This document shows positions 37,313 through 46,508 of a DNA stretch of 64,000 nucleotides, one piece after another. The stretch is from positions 88,066 to 152,065 of the forward strand of contig CAZSQN010000002.1 in the NCBI GenBank assembly GCA_964609095.1. The letters run 5' to 3'. The translations under genes and the position numbers were made by a program. The notes under the pieces were generated by a model. It saw only the letters and a program-made list of their open reading frames with translations, was not told where the DNA came from and made no database searches. Numbering within the stretch: position 1 is the stretch's first letter; the number at the start of each line of letters is the position of its first letter. The stretch is from an uncultured Gammaproteobacteria bacterium. GTDB lineage: Bacteria; Patescibacteriota; Patescibacteriia; CAZSQN01.

Positions 37313-38059
37313 TTATTTTTCGCGCTCCAGCCGCTCGGCCATAAACTTTTCCGCCACGGCAAAGTCCTCCAAAGAATCAATGTTTACCGACTCTTCGGCC
37401 GGCATAACAAAACCAAAAATATTTTGTCCGCTCATAGAGTTCATTTCTAAAATCACTTCCGGCCTGATTACGTCAACCGAACCGTTCTGCGCAAAAACCG
37501 GCATTTTGTCCTGCAAAATTTGGCGGGCGCTATTGTAGGCCTCGGGCACTTCCGGATGCGTGAGGAGCGGAGTTAATCGCTCGCCTTCCAAACGCCACAT
37601 TTTAAGCGGATGCTTTGGCGTTGGCGTGACTGAACGGACGGAATGAGCCTCGGGGTGTTCCAAAAACATTTTAACGCCGAAATCAATGTGTTCGGCGCGG
37701 CGAAGCGGAGCAGTCGGCCGCAGCTGCACCACCGCGTCGGGCTTATAATTTTCTTTTTCTTCCAAATACCGCAGGGCGTGCTGCATCACCGGCAAATCCA
37801 AGGTCCGGTCAGCGGCCAATTCTTTGGGGCGCATAAACGGCGCTTCCGCGCCGTATTCTGCCGCGACTTTGGCAATTTCCTCATCATCGGTGGAAATAAT
37901 TATCCGATTTATGTATTTTGATTTTTTCGCCTCCAAAACCGTCCAGGCCAAAAGCGGTTTGCCGGAGAGCATTCTGATATTCTTGCGCGGCACGCCTTTG
38001 CTGCCGCCGCGCGCCATCAGCACGCACAAAATCTTCAGATTTTGATTATTTTGTTCCAT
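37313..38059 (-). CDS. neuA: acylneuraminate cytidylyltransferase
   Basis: ARGGSKGVPRKN, STDD, FMRP.ELA.D, LRPT.PLR, NGS, NID. Confidence 0.93.
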   Translation of the reverse strand: MEQNNQNLKILCVLMARGGSKGVPRKNIRMLSGKPLLAWTVLEAKKSKYINRIIISTDDEEIAKVAAEYGAEAPFMRPKELAADRTLDLPVMQHALRYLEEKENYKPDAVVQLRPTAPLRRAEHIDFGVKMFLEHPEAHSVRSVTPTPKHPLKMWRLEGERLTPLLTHPEVPEAYNSARQILQDKMPVFAQNGSVDVIRPEVILEMNSMSGQNIFGFVMPAEESVNIDSLEDFAVAEKFMAERLEREK

Positions 38060-38064
38060 AAAAA

Positions 38065-39060
38065 TTATTTTTTAGGATGCGCGGCATACCATTCATAAGT
38101 TCTGCGCAATCCTTCTTCCAGCATTACTTCCGGCCTCCAGCCGACCAGCGCTTGCAGCTTTGATATGTCCGCCCGGCGGCGCGCCACGCTTCCGGGAAGC
38201 GAATCTTTAATGTCAATCGTCTTTGGCTTCCAGCCGGAGAGGTCAAAAAACTTTTCGGCAAGCTCACGCATGGCGATTTCTTCCGCATCGCCTATATGCA
38301 CGGTTAAAACCGGTTGAAGGTCGGTTTTGGAAGAATCCATCAGCATTTGCATCGCGCGTACCGCATCGTCAATATAGCAAAAAGTGCGCGTTTCTTCCGC
38401 GCCCAATATGGTAAACGGATCTTCCCTCTTGGCTATTTTAATAGAAAACTCCGGAATCACATGGTCATAACCGGCGCGCGGCCCGTAAAAATTATGAGGC
38501 CGGACAATCAGCGCGCGGAAATTATGCATTTTGGCATAATGAATGACAAAAAGTTCGCCGATTAGCTTGGTGGCGGCGTAAGACCACCGCGGATTATAAG
38601 GATCGTTGATAACAAGCGGCACCTCTTCCGGAGTGGGAATCGGCAATTGATTAAAGGCGCTAAGAGCGCCGGCATAGGCCTCGTTGGAGGAAGTAAAACA
38701 AAACTTTCCTTTTGGATTTTCTCTCCCAAACCATTCCAGCATATAGATAAGCGACAACGTATTGACGCGCAAAACCTCATGCGGCATGGAATAAAACAGC
38801 TTCGTGCCGTTTACCGCCGCCAAATGATAAACATGGTCATAGCCGCTGCCGAGTTTCGCATATGAGGCAGAATCGGTTAAATCCAGATTTAAAAAATTTA
38901 TCCTTTTGTCGCGAAGCAGATTTTCAAAATCATCATCCATTTTCCCGCGCTGAAGATTGTCAATCAACGTCAAACGCGCCCCCTCGCCGTACGCGGCGAG
39001 AAGATGCGACGCTAAATGATAACCGATAAATCCCGCTCCGCCAGTAATTAAAATTTTCAT
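38065..39060 (-). CDS. NAD-dependent epimerase/dehydratase
   Basis: TGGAGFIG, HLAA.NG, SS.E.Y, PRWSYAATK, RPHN.YGPR. Confidence 0.9.
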   Translation of the reverse strand: MKILITGGAGFIGYHLASHLLAAYGEGARLTLIDNLQRGKMDDDFENLLRDKRINFLNLDLTDSASYAKLGSGYDHVYHLAAVNGTKLFYSMPHEVLRVNTLSLIYMLEWFGRENPKGKFCFTSSNEAYAGALSAFNQLPIPTPEEVPLVINDPYNPRWSYAATKLIGELFVIHYAKMHNFRALIVRPHNFYGPRAGYDHVIPEFSIKIAKREDPFTILGAEETRTFCYIDDAVRAMQMLMDSSKTDLQPVLTVHIGDAEEIAMRELAEKFFDLSGWKPKTIDIKDSLPGSVARRRADISKLQALVGWRPEVMLEEGLRRTYEWYAAHPKK

Positions 39061-39061
39061 A

Positions 39062-40435
39062 TCAAAGATGGCTGGGCAAACCGGGAATGTTGTCGTAGCC
39101 CAGATTGCTGTAATGAATATCGGCAAATTTGGCAATTCTATCGGCGCCGTACAATTTCCATCCGTCAAAAATCAACGCTGGTTTTTTCATCAGCGGCAGA
39201 TAACGGTGAATGTCCAGATTTTTAAAATCGTGGTGGTTGGTGGCAAGAATGGCCGCGTCCGCGCCGCGAAATCCTTCTTCAAGATTAACGAATTTGAGGC
39301 CGTAGGGAGACAGCGCCTCCGACGGCACAACCGGGTCATAGCCGCAAACGTTAAAATTTTTCTCTTGCAATTTTTTGGCAATTTCCAATCCGGACGAAAA
39401 TCTGATGTCGGAAGTCGGCGGATGCCCCTTAAAAGCCAGTCCGGCAATAAATATCTTTGAGTCCCGCGCGCTTTTGCGGCTGGCTTCCATAAATCTGCTT
39501 ACCTGCCGGCAGACATAATCAGGCATCGCCTCATTTACGGCGCGGGCTTGCGTAATCAGTTTCGGCTCAAACCCTTTAGCCAGCGACGCCTCCAGCAAGA
39601 TATACGGGTCTTTGGTTAAGCAATAACCGCCCACTCCCGGGCTTGGCTGCGGCACAGCGCTGCGCTCATAACCGAAGTTGGCCGCGCTTATGACTTCGTG
39701 CGAATCAAGATTAAATTTATCGCAAATAAGCGCCACCTCATTGGCAAAAGCAAAAGTCACATCGCGATAAAGATTATTAACCAATTTAACCATCTCTGCC
39801 GCCTCAAGCGTGGGCAAAAGCACAATTTTGTTGGTTAAAGTCCGGAAAATATCCGCGCATAGCGCCGCGCTTGCCCTGTCATAGCCGCCGATGACCTGCG
39901 GCAGGCGCCTCAACTCGTTTAGGGCGTCGCCCTCTATGGTGCGTTCCGGCGCAAAAGCAATTGAAAAATCCTTGCCCGCCGCCAAACCGGAATATTTAAC
40001 AAGCAAGGGAATAACAAAATCGCGCGTTGTGCCCGGCGGAACGGTTGACCTTAAAATCACTATATCGCCTTGGCGCAGAACCTTGGCAATGGAGATAATG
40101 GATGATTCCAAGTCATTAAAATCCGGCTTCTTGCTCTCTCCCAGTAGCGGCGTGCCCACAGCCACAATATAAATACCGGCAATGGATTCCGAAAACGCGG
40201 TCAAAAATTTAAAACCCTTGCCCAGCTCTTGGCTTAAAAGCTCATTAACGCCGCCCTCGTGAAAATGGCTCTTGCCTTCTTCAAGCTGGCTCACCACCCG
40301 TTCGCGCTTTTCAATGCCGGTTACGGAAAAACCAAGTTCAGAAAGCGTCAAAGCCAAAGTCAAGCCCACATAGCCCATGCCGATAACGCAAACTTTTTTT
40401 TCAAAAATTAAATCATTGCCGGTAGCCATAATCAT
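39062..40435 (-). CDS. UDP-N-acetylhexosamine 6-dehydrogenase (WecC/WbpA family)
   Basis: GMGYVG, RSTVPPGT, PER..EG, AEMVKL..N, PGVGGYCL.KDP, GLAFKG...SD.R. Confidence 0.88.
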   Translation of the reverse strand: MIMATGNDLIFEKKVCVIGMGYVGLTLALTLSELGFSVTGIEKRERVVSQLEEGKSHFHEGGVNELLSQELGKGFKFLTAFSESIAGIYIVAVGTPLLGESKKPDFNDLESSIISIAKVLRQGDIVILRSTVPPGTTRDFVIPLLVKYSGLAAGKDFSIAFAPERTIEGDALNELRRLPQVIGGYDRASAALCADIFRTLTNKIVLLPTLEAAEMVKLVNNLYRDVTFAFANEVALICDKFNLDSHEVISAANFGYERSAVPQPSPGVGGYCLTKDPYILLEASLAKGFEPKLITQARAVNEAMPDYVCRQVSRFMEASRKSARDSKIFIAGLAFKGHPPTSDIRFSSGLEIAKKLQEKNFNVCGYDPVVPSEALSPYGLKFVNLEEGFRGADAAILATNHHDFKNLDIHRYLPLMKKPALIFDGWKLYGADRIAKFADIHYSNLGYDNIPGLPSHL

Positions 40436-40436
40436 T

Positions 40437-41498
40437 TTATTCAAAATGCTCAAGCTTAATCTGCTCATCAACGGCTATGGCAGAAATAATTCTTTTCCCG
40501 CATAATTTTTCCGCCATCTCCGGCGGAAGTCCGCCTTTGCTTGGGCGCTTAAAGGCAATCATCTCCCGCGTCAAAATCGTTCCGGCAATCAAATCGCCGG
40601 CCGCGACCAAGCTCTGCCCGGCCCAATCTCTTTGCCGCGACAAAAAATCCAGACGCTCGTCCTCCGGTATGTTGCGAAGGGCGGATTCCATATCGCGAAT
40701 CTGCTTAACCATCAGCGCAAACTCATCAGGAAGAAGCGCGCCCGCGTTATCAAGCGATCTCGGATCGTTTTTGTCAAAAGTAAGATGTTTTTCCACAACA
40801 ACGGCTCCCAAAACAACTGCCCCAAGCGGCGCGTGCCAGCCGACAGTATGGTCGGAAATGCCTGCTGGAACTTCAAGCAAATCGCCCAAGCGCTTCATCC
40901 GTCCCAAATTCGCCATCTCGTAAGGCGTGGGATAAGCCGTCACGCAATGAAGCGCGATAATCTCTTTGGCGCCGGCTGATTTTAACGTCTCCATTGCCGC
41001 CCGCGCCTCATCTTCGCTTTGCAAACCAAAAGAGATAATCACGGGCTTGCCTCGTCTTCCGACATTCCGCAAAAATTCCAGATTATGCGCTTCGCCCGAG
41101 CCGATTTTAAAAAGCGGCTGATTCATTTCTTCATCCAGAAAATCCAAACTTTCATCATCGTGCGCGGTGGCAAACACGGCGATGCCGCGTTCTCGCGCGT
41201 AAGCAAACAATTCCTTAATTTCATCAAAAGACATTTCTTTTTCTTTGACCCGATTAAACCAATCATAGCCGAGTTCCGTCTCCAGCCGGGCGCTTACTTT
41301 TTTACTGACAAGCTGTTCGGTCCTCCAGGCCTGAAATTTAACGGCATCGGCTTTGGCCGCTACCGCCGCATCCACTTGTTTCTTTGCCAAATCCAACTGT
41401 CCGTAATTTGTCACCCCACCCTCGCAAATGACAAAAACCGGCTGCCCTCGGCCGATGTTTTTATTGCCCAATTTAACTGTTTTTATCTCTAAATCCAT
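40437..41498 (-). CDS. neuB: second nonulosonate synthase (NeuB family)
   Basis: VKFQ, FKIGSGE, LHCVTAYP, GISDHT, EKHLT, SAF tail KRP..G. Confidence 0.9.
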   Translation of the reverse strand: MDLEIKTVKLGNKNIGRGQPVFVICEGGVTNYGQLDLAKKQVDAAVAAKADAVKFQAWRTEQLVSKKVSARLETELGYDWFNRVKEKEMSFDEIKELFAYARERGIAVFATAHDDESLDFLDEEMNQPLFKIGSGEAHNLEFLRNVGRRGKPVIISFGLQSEDEARAAMETLKSAGAKEIIALHCVTAYPTPYEMANLGRMKRLGDLLEVPAGISDHTVGWHAPLGAVVLGAVVVEKHLTFDKNDPRSLDNAGALLPDEFALMVKQIRDMESALRNIPEDERLDFLSRQRDWAGQSLVAAGDLIAGTILTREMIAFKRPSKGGLPPEMAEKLCGKRIISAIAVDEQIKLEHFE

Positions 41499-41516
41499 AA
41501 ATGTTTCAATTAGTGG

Positions 41517-41545
41517 AGTATAACCCGAAGGTTCAATTTTGGCAA
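41517..41545 (-). promoter_or_regulatory. promoter re-starting transcription at the second neuB
   Basis: TTGCCA-17-TATACT. Confidence 0.55.
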
Positions 41546-41591
41546 TATACCTAAAAATGGCTAAAATTAGCCATCTTGCCTACCTACCCCC

Positions 41592-41690
41592 TTGCGCTAA
41601 ATGACAAGGCGTGCTAATCTGCCCTTTCAAGCGCATTGCTTGATGCTCCGCGGCGGAGAACGCCGAAAACCGCACCTTAAAAATGGAGGT
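41592..41690 (+). promoter_or_regulatory. promoter + boxA-like motif + SD leader of the Dabb-like gene
   Basis: TTGCGC-17-TAATCT with TGn; CGCACCTTAAAAA; GGAGGT. Confidence 0.45.
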
Positions 41691-41696
41691 TAGCCA

Positions 41697-41996
41697 ATGC
41701 CTCTGTGGCACATCTGCTTGATTTCTTTTCATCAAGACGCGCCTGAATCAGTGAGACGGGAAATCTACGACCGCTATCAAACCCTGGACGCGGACTGCGG
41801 CGGGGCTGGCGCGGGCATCCTCTTTTGGAAAGTTGCGTGGAATCTTGATTTGCGGAAAAACATCCACCTGGTGGAAATCTCCGTGTTTACGAATAACGAC
41901 GCCCTGCAGAGATTCCGGCGGCATCCCAAGCATATGGAACTCACCGACATTTTGAGAGAAATTGCCGACTGGCAAGTCGGCGATATTCACCAATAA
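41697..41996 (+). CDS. Dabb (stress-responsive A/B barrel)-like protein
   Basis: HI.LI.F, F....AL..F..HP.H, D pattern; SD GGAGGT. Confidence 0.75.
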   Translation: MPLWHICLISFHQDAPESVRREIYDRYQTLDADCGGAGAGILFWKVAWNLDLRKNIHLVEISVFTNNDALQRFRRHPKHMELTDILREIADWQVGDIHQ

Positions 41997-42012
41997 ATTC
42001 TTTAGAATAGCC

Positions 42013-42040
42013 AAAGAGCGGAAGAAATTCCGCTCTTTTT
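42013..42040. terminator. bidirectional terminator
   Basis: aaagagcggaa-gaaa-ttccgctcttttt. Confidence 0.85.
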
Positions 42041-42056
42041 CATTTGGCAGTTTTAG

Positions 42057-42770
42057 TTATTTTTTATTCTTATGCGATAGATACGCTTCAATCAATTCCA
42101 AATCCTCTTTGTAATCTATATCCATTGAATAAATCGGCGGGACTACTATGGGATAATTCCTCTTGCCTTCCAGGCGGCCGCTGCCCAAAAGCGTTTCGCG
42201 GCTGGTAAGCCAGAGATTGGCCGCGTGATAAAATTTTGGTTTGGATTTGCCGATATCCTGATAATGAAGCTCCTCCTGCCAAAAACCGATCGTTCCATCC
42301 TCGTTCATTTTGCGCACATTGTAAGGGTGATTGATAGTATCAACCAAAGAAACTGTTACAACCGAATCGGCTTTCTTCTCCAGCGCCAAAGCAATGGCGG
42401 CTTCTATCTGTTCTGAAGCAATCAAGGGCGTAGCCGCCTGCAAAAGTATGGAATAATCAACGCGATAATTCTCTTTTTCTTCCAATTGTTCCACCGTATA
42501 TTTAATCGCCTCTATAACCGGGCTTATGTCCCCCGCCAAATCCGCCGGACGCATAAAAGGCACTTCGGCGCCGCAATCTTTAGCCGCCGCGGCTATTTTG
42601 TCATCATCGGTTGAAACAATTACCCTATCAACCGATTTCGCGCCAAGGGCGGCGGAGATTGGATAAGAAATCAGCGGTTTGCCCAAAAGAGGATAGACAT
42701 TTTTTCCGGGAAATCTTTTACTGCCGCCCCGCGCCGGAATCAAAACCACGAAATTATCTGAATAAGTCAT
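42057..42770 (-). CDS. neuA: second acylneuraminate cytidylyltransferase
   Basis: IPARGGSKRFPGKN, VSTDD, FMRP.DLA.D, DID..ED. Confidence 0.92.
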   Translation of the reverse strand: MTYSDNFVVLIPARGGSKRFPGKNVYPLLGKPLISYPISAALGAKSVDRVIVSTDDDKIAAAAKDCGAEVPFMRPADLAGDISPVIEAIKYTVEQLEEKENYRVDYSILLQAATPLIASEQIEAAIALALEKKADSVVTVSLVDTINHPYNVRKMNEDGTIGFWQEELHYQDIGKSKPKFYHAANLWLTSRETLLGSGRLEGKRNYPIVVPPIYSMDIDYKEDLELIEAYLSHKNKK

Positions 42771-43500
42771 AAAATGTTTTGACGCTTAAAACGGAAATCA
42801 GCACGGAAACGATAATCATCGTATGCCGGGGAGGCATTCTCTTGCAAACGTAAGCCGCGAACGGAGCAGCCAGCACGCCTCCAATGAGCAGCCCCGCCAC
42901 CACCTGCCAATGAGTTATGCCGACTATCGGCGTAAGAATGACAACGATGGTCAGGGAAACAAAAAATTCAACGGCGTTTGTTGAACCAACGGCAAAACGC
43001 GGATTATTTCCGCGCGCCGTAAGCGTGCTTCCAACTATCGGCCCCCAGCCGCCGCCTCCGACCGCGTCCAAAAACCCGCCCAAAAAACCAATAGGGGCGA
43101 TTTTAGTATGCACCGGCTTGGTTTTAATAATTTTAAAGGCCTTATAAAGAATAAAAAGGCCCATGCAAAAAAGATAAACAGTGACGGCAAATTTCAAAAA
43201 TCTGCCGGAAACCAAGGTTAGGACCACCGCTCCGAAAGCTCCTCCGGCCATTCCGGGAACCAGCAATTTTTTAAATAACTGTTTGTCTATGTTTTTAAAT
43301 TTAAAATGCGAAATAGCCGAAACAAAGGTGGTGAATATCTCGGCAAAATGCACGCTGGCGCTGGTAATGGCCGGCGGCGTACCCATAGCCAAAAGCAAAG
43401 AGCTCGCGCTAATGCCGTAAGCCATGCCTAGGGCGCCATCAATCATCTGCGCGGCAAAACCCACGATAATAAAAAAGATTAAATCATTTTCTAAAATCAT
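42754..43500 (-). CDS. TauE/SafE (TSUP) sulfur-oxyanion transporter
   Basis: AQMIDGALGMAYG, ASVH.AE, DA.GGGGWGP, VG..N..EF. Confidence 0.9.
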   Translation of the reverse strand: MILENDLIFFIIVGFAAQMIDGALGMAYGISASSLLLAMGTPPAITSASVHFAEIFTTFVSAISHFKFKNIDKQLFKKLLVPGMAGGAFGAVVLTLVSGRFLKFAVTVYLFCMGLFILYKAFKIIKTKPVHTKIAPIGFLGGFLDAVGGGGWGPIVGSTLTARGNNPRFAVGSTNAVEFFVSLTIVVILTPIVGITHWQVVAGLLIGGVLAAPFAAYVCKRMPPRHTMIIVSVLISVLSVKTFYDLFR

Positions 43501-43515
43501 GAACGCGGATTGAAT

Positions 43516-44514
43516 TTATTTTTCAGCAAAGAACCGCAATTTTAGGCCGATGCCGAGTTCGTTCATTTTCTGTTCAAGCATCGCCACATTGTCTTTATTA
43601 GCCAAAAACTCGCGGAATTTGTCCGGAAAATATTTATTTTCTTCGTCTCCAAACGGGTCTAAAAACTGCAAATGATTAAAAATTGAATCTTTCCCGGAAT
43701 AAACCGTGTCAATCTCGCACCTATTGAATCCGGCGGTTTTAAATAACCGCTCCAGAGTGCGGCCGGAAAAATAATTCAAATGGTTCCTGCCGGTAAAAGT
43801 TCTGGCCGTTCCGTGCAAAATCATATAAGCCAAGCTTTCCACATTGGGACATCGTCCCAAAAAGATTCCTCCCGGTTTTAAAATCCTGACGATTTCTTTC
43901 ATCACGGCAAGCGGCTGGGGCAAGTGCTCTATCACGCCAAACATTGACACCGCGTCAAAACTGTTGTCGGGAAACTTGCAATCCTCAAGGAGCTTCCGCT
44001 CCACCTTAACGCCGTACATTTCCTCGGCGTAAGACGCTGTTTTTTCGTTTAATTCCAAGCCAACCGTGTCATAACCCAAGTCCTTGCCGGCTTTCAGAAA
44101 AAGGCCGATGGAACATCCGATATCCAGAACTTTGCCTCCCGCGGGTATTTTTGTTTTAAGCTTATCGTAATACGTCTTATAAAGCTCAATATCGGTCCTC
44201 TGCTGTTCCGATGAGAGAACGACCTTCATAAAGGTCTCATGCGAAGGAACATCCTCATTGTAATATTTTAATATGGCTTTTTCTTTTAACTGCGGGTTGA
44301 CGTAAACAAAAGTGCAATTTCCGCATCTAACGAAATCAAAGCCGTTTTTGACAAAAAGATGGTCAAAAAGCGGCGAAGCGCAAATCCGGCAATTTATTTT
44401 CTCCGTCAATTCAGAACGGACTTTGCCGGTTTGCGGATCTATAAGCTCTTCCAATTCCTTATCTCTATAGAAAAAAAATTCGTTCCTATGCGTCGCCTTG
44501 TCAAAATTGCTCAT
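43516..44514 (-). CDS. class I SAM methyltransferase with N-terminal CxxC/CxxC
   Basis: CRIC, CGNC, VLDIGCSIG, VIEH, LKPGG. Confidence 0.88.
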   Translation of the reverse strand: MSNFDKATHRNEFFFYRDKELEELIDPQTGKVRSELTEKINCRICASPLFDHLFVKNGFDFVRCGNCTFVYVNPQLKEKAILKYYNEDVPSHETFMKVVLSSEQQRTDIELYKTYYDKLKTKIPAGGKVLDIGCSIGLFLKAGKDLGYDTVGLELNEKTASYAEEMYGVKVERKLLEDCKFPDNSFDAVSMFGVIEHLPQPLAVMKEIVRILKPGGIFLGRCPNVESLAYMILHGTARTFTGRNHLNYFSGRTLERLFKTAGFNRCEIDTVYSGKDSIFNHLQFLDPFGDEENKYFPDKFREFLANKDNVAMLEQKMNELGIGLKLRFFAEK

Positions 44515-44531
44515 ATAAATTATTCTATTTA

Positions 44532-44609
44532 CCCCGTTAGAAAGACCCTCCTAAATAAATCCAACGAACCCGCTTGTCATAAATTTATAGAATGGACTTT
44601 CTAACGGGG
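44532..44609. mobile_element. miniature inverted-repeat element E6 (second subfamily)
   Basis: ccccgttagaaag ... ctttctaacgggg, flanked on both sides by ttta. Confidence 0.75.
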
Positions 44610-44628
44610 TTTAATTAAAATCTTAAAT

Positions 44629-45801
44629 TTAATTTTGCCGCCATTTAATCTTTGGCAAAATAACGGATTTGTCAATTAAACGTTCGGCGTTTTTAATCTT
44701 CACAAGCATGGAATTGACCAGTTCTTCAGAAAGTTTCGTGGGGACAAGGCCTAATCCCAAAAGCTTATCATTCTTCGGATTGTAATAATGCTCTTCTTTT
44801 TCTATGCGGGGATTTTCCAAATGCTCTATCTTAACGTCTATGCCCAGTTTTGCCGCGGCGCGGGCAACCGTTTCGGCCAATTCCATAATGGAAAACACTT
44901 CCGTAAATTGGTTAAAAACCCTGAATTCGCCCGGGGCACCTGGATTTAAGACGGCGAGTTCCACGCATTGCAAGGTGTCGCGGATATTTAAAAATCCGCG
45001 CTTTTGGCCGCCCTTGCCATAAACCGTTAAAGGCATTCCGGCGACCGCCTGCACGCAAAATCTGTTCAAAGCGGTTCCAAAGACATCGTCATAATGAAAA
45101 CTCGTCCTTAAATCATCATGCAAGTTTATTTCTTCCGTTTCCAGCCCATAAACAACTCCCTGGTTCAAATCAGTCGCCTTAAGTCCCCAGACGCGGCAGG
45201 CAAATTCTATATTGTGGCTGTCATGAACTTTGCTCAAATGATAAAAAGAGCCCGGCTGCTTGGGAAAAGGCAGCCGGTCGCTTCTGCCTTTATGGTTTAT
45301 TTCTATATGGCCTTCTTCAATATCTATATTTGGCGTTCCGTATTCGCCCATTGTTCCCAGCTTTACCAAATGAGCGTCAGGCAAAGAATGCCGCATGGCA
45401 AAAAGCACGTTTAAAGTGCCGATGACATTATTTTTTTGGGTCAAAACGGCATTGTGCCTGGAGCGCATTGAGTATGGCGCCGACGGCTGTTCCGCGTAAT
45501 GCACAATGGCGTCGGGACGAAACTCTTCCATTACCCTGTAGATAAAACGGACATCTTCGGCAATATCTCCGACATAGAGCTTGATATCGCCTCTGGCAAC
45601 GGTTTTCCAGGTCGCCATGCGCGCCGGCAAAAGCGGTATTGGGTAAAGAGGCGCGACCCCAACTTGCGCTTCCCAGGCGCGCTTAATCATATTGTCCACC
45701 ACGGCGACCTCGTGCCCGAGACGCGAAAAATGCATGGCCGTAGGCCAGCCCAGGTAACCATCGCCTCCCAATATAAGGATACGCAATTTTTTGTCGCTCA
45801 T
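44629..45801 (-). CDS. sqdB: UDP-sulfoquinovose synthase
   Basis: GGDGYLGWPTA, EQPSAPYSM, KLGTMGEYGTPNIDIEEG, SFYHLSKVHD, DLNQGVVYG, ENPR.E.EEHYY. Confidence 0.95.
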   Translation of the reverse strand: MSDKKLRILILGGDGYLGWPTAMHFSRLGHEVAVVDNMIKRAWEAQVGVAPLYPIPLLPARMATWKTVARGDIKLYVGDIAEDVRFIYRVMEEFRPDAIVHYAEQPSAPYSMRSRHNAVLTQKNNVIGTLNVLFAMRHSLPDAHLVKLGTMGEYGTPNIDIEEGHIEINHKGRSDRLPFPKQPGSFYHLSKVHDSHNIEFACRVWGLKATDLNQGVVYGLETEEINLHDDLRTSFHYDDVFGTALNRFCVQAVAGMPLTVYGKGGQKRGFLNIRDTLQCVELAVLNPGAPGEFRVFNQFTEVFSIMELAETVARAAAKLGIDVKIEHLENPRIEKEEHYYNPKNDKLLGLGLVPTKLSEELVNSMLVKIKNAERLIDKSVILPKIKWRQN

Positions 45802-45817
45802 TTTAGTGGAATGAAAA

Positions 45818-46504
45818 TTATAAACGGGTATGCAGACCGCATTCGCCTCCCAGATTCTGCGTGCCCGTAAATCGTCCGGCGCGCTCAAACTGCCCTTGGC
45901 GGCCTCCGCCTTCGCGCACCTTGCCGCCGGTAGTGCAGGGCTTGCAGCCCAGCGACAAATAACCATGGTCATAGAGCGGATGGTACCGGAGATTATTTTC
46001 TTTTATGTACTGCCAAACATCGTCTTTGGTCCAGAAAGCAATGGGGTTTATTTTGGCGATTTTGCCGGCCTCAACAATGGGCGTATTTTTGCGATACTCG
46101 GTTTCGTCGCGGCGCAAACCGGTAATCCAGGCGTCAAAGCGCGGCAAGGCGCTCTCAATGGCCGGAATCTTCATCTCGCAGCATTTATATTGGTCGTTCT
46201 TGATGAACGAGTCCCCATATTGTTCGTCTATCCGCTTAATGTCTTCCGAACCGGGATGCAGCCATTCAAAATTTAATTTCAATTCTTCAACCAAAGAATT
46301 GCCGTAAGACAATGTTTCTTCAAATTCATAACCGGTATCAATGCCCAAAAAACATAAATCGGGTTTGGCCTTGGTGGCCAAATCCACGATGACCCGCGAA
46401 TCCTTGCCAAAAGAGCAGGCGGCAAAAATGCGCGGATAGGCCTTGACCGCCAGTTTAATTATAGTTTGGGAGAGATCGGCTTTTTCTTTTAGAGTCAAAT
46501 TCAT
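45818..46504 (-). CDS. cysH: APS/PAPS reductase
   Basis: SFG.D, IDTGY.F.ET, CC, WITGLRR, GY.S.GC.PC, ERAGR, ECGLH. Confidence 0.9.
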   Translation of the reverse strand: MNLTLKEKADLSQTIIKLAVKAYPRIFAACSFGKDSRVIVDLATKAKPDLCFLGIDTGYEFEETLSYGNSLVEELKLNFEWLHPGSEDIKRIDEQYGDSFIKNDQYKCCEMKIPAIESALPRFDAWITGLRRDETEYRKNTPIVEAGKIAKINPIAFWTKDDVWQYIKENNLRYHPLYDHGYLSLGCKPCTTGGKVREGGGRQGQFERAGRFTGTQNLGGECGLHTRL

Positions 46505-46508
46505 ACTT

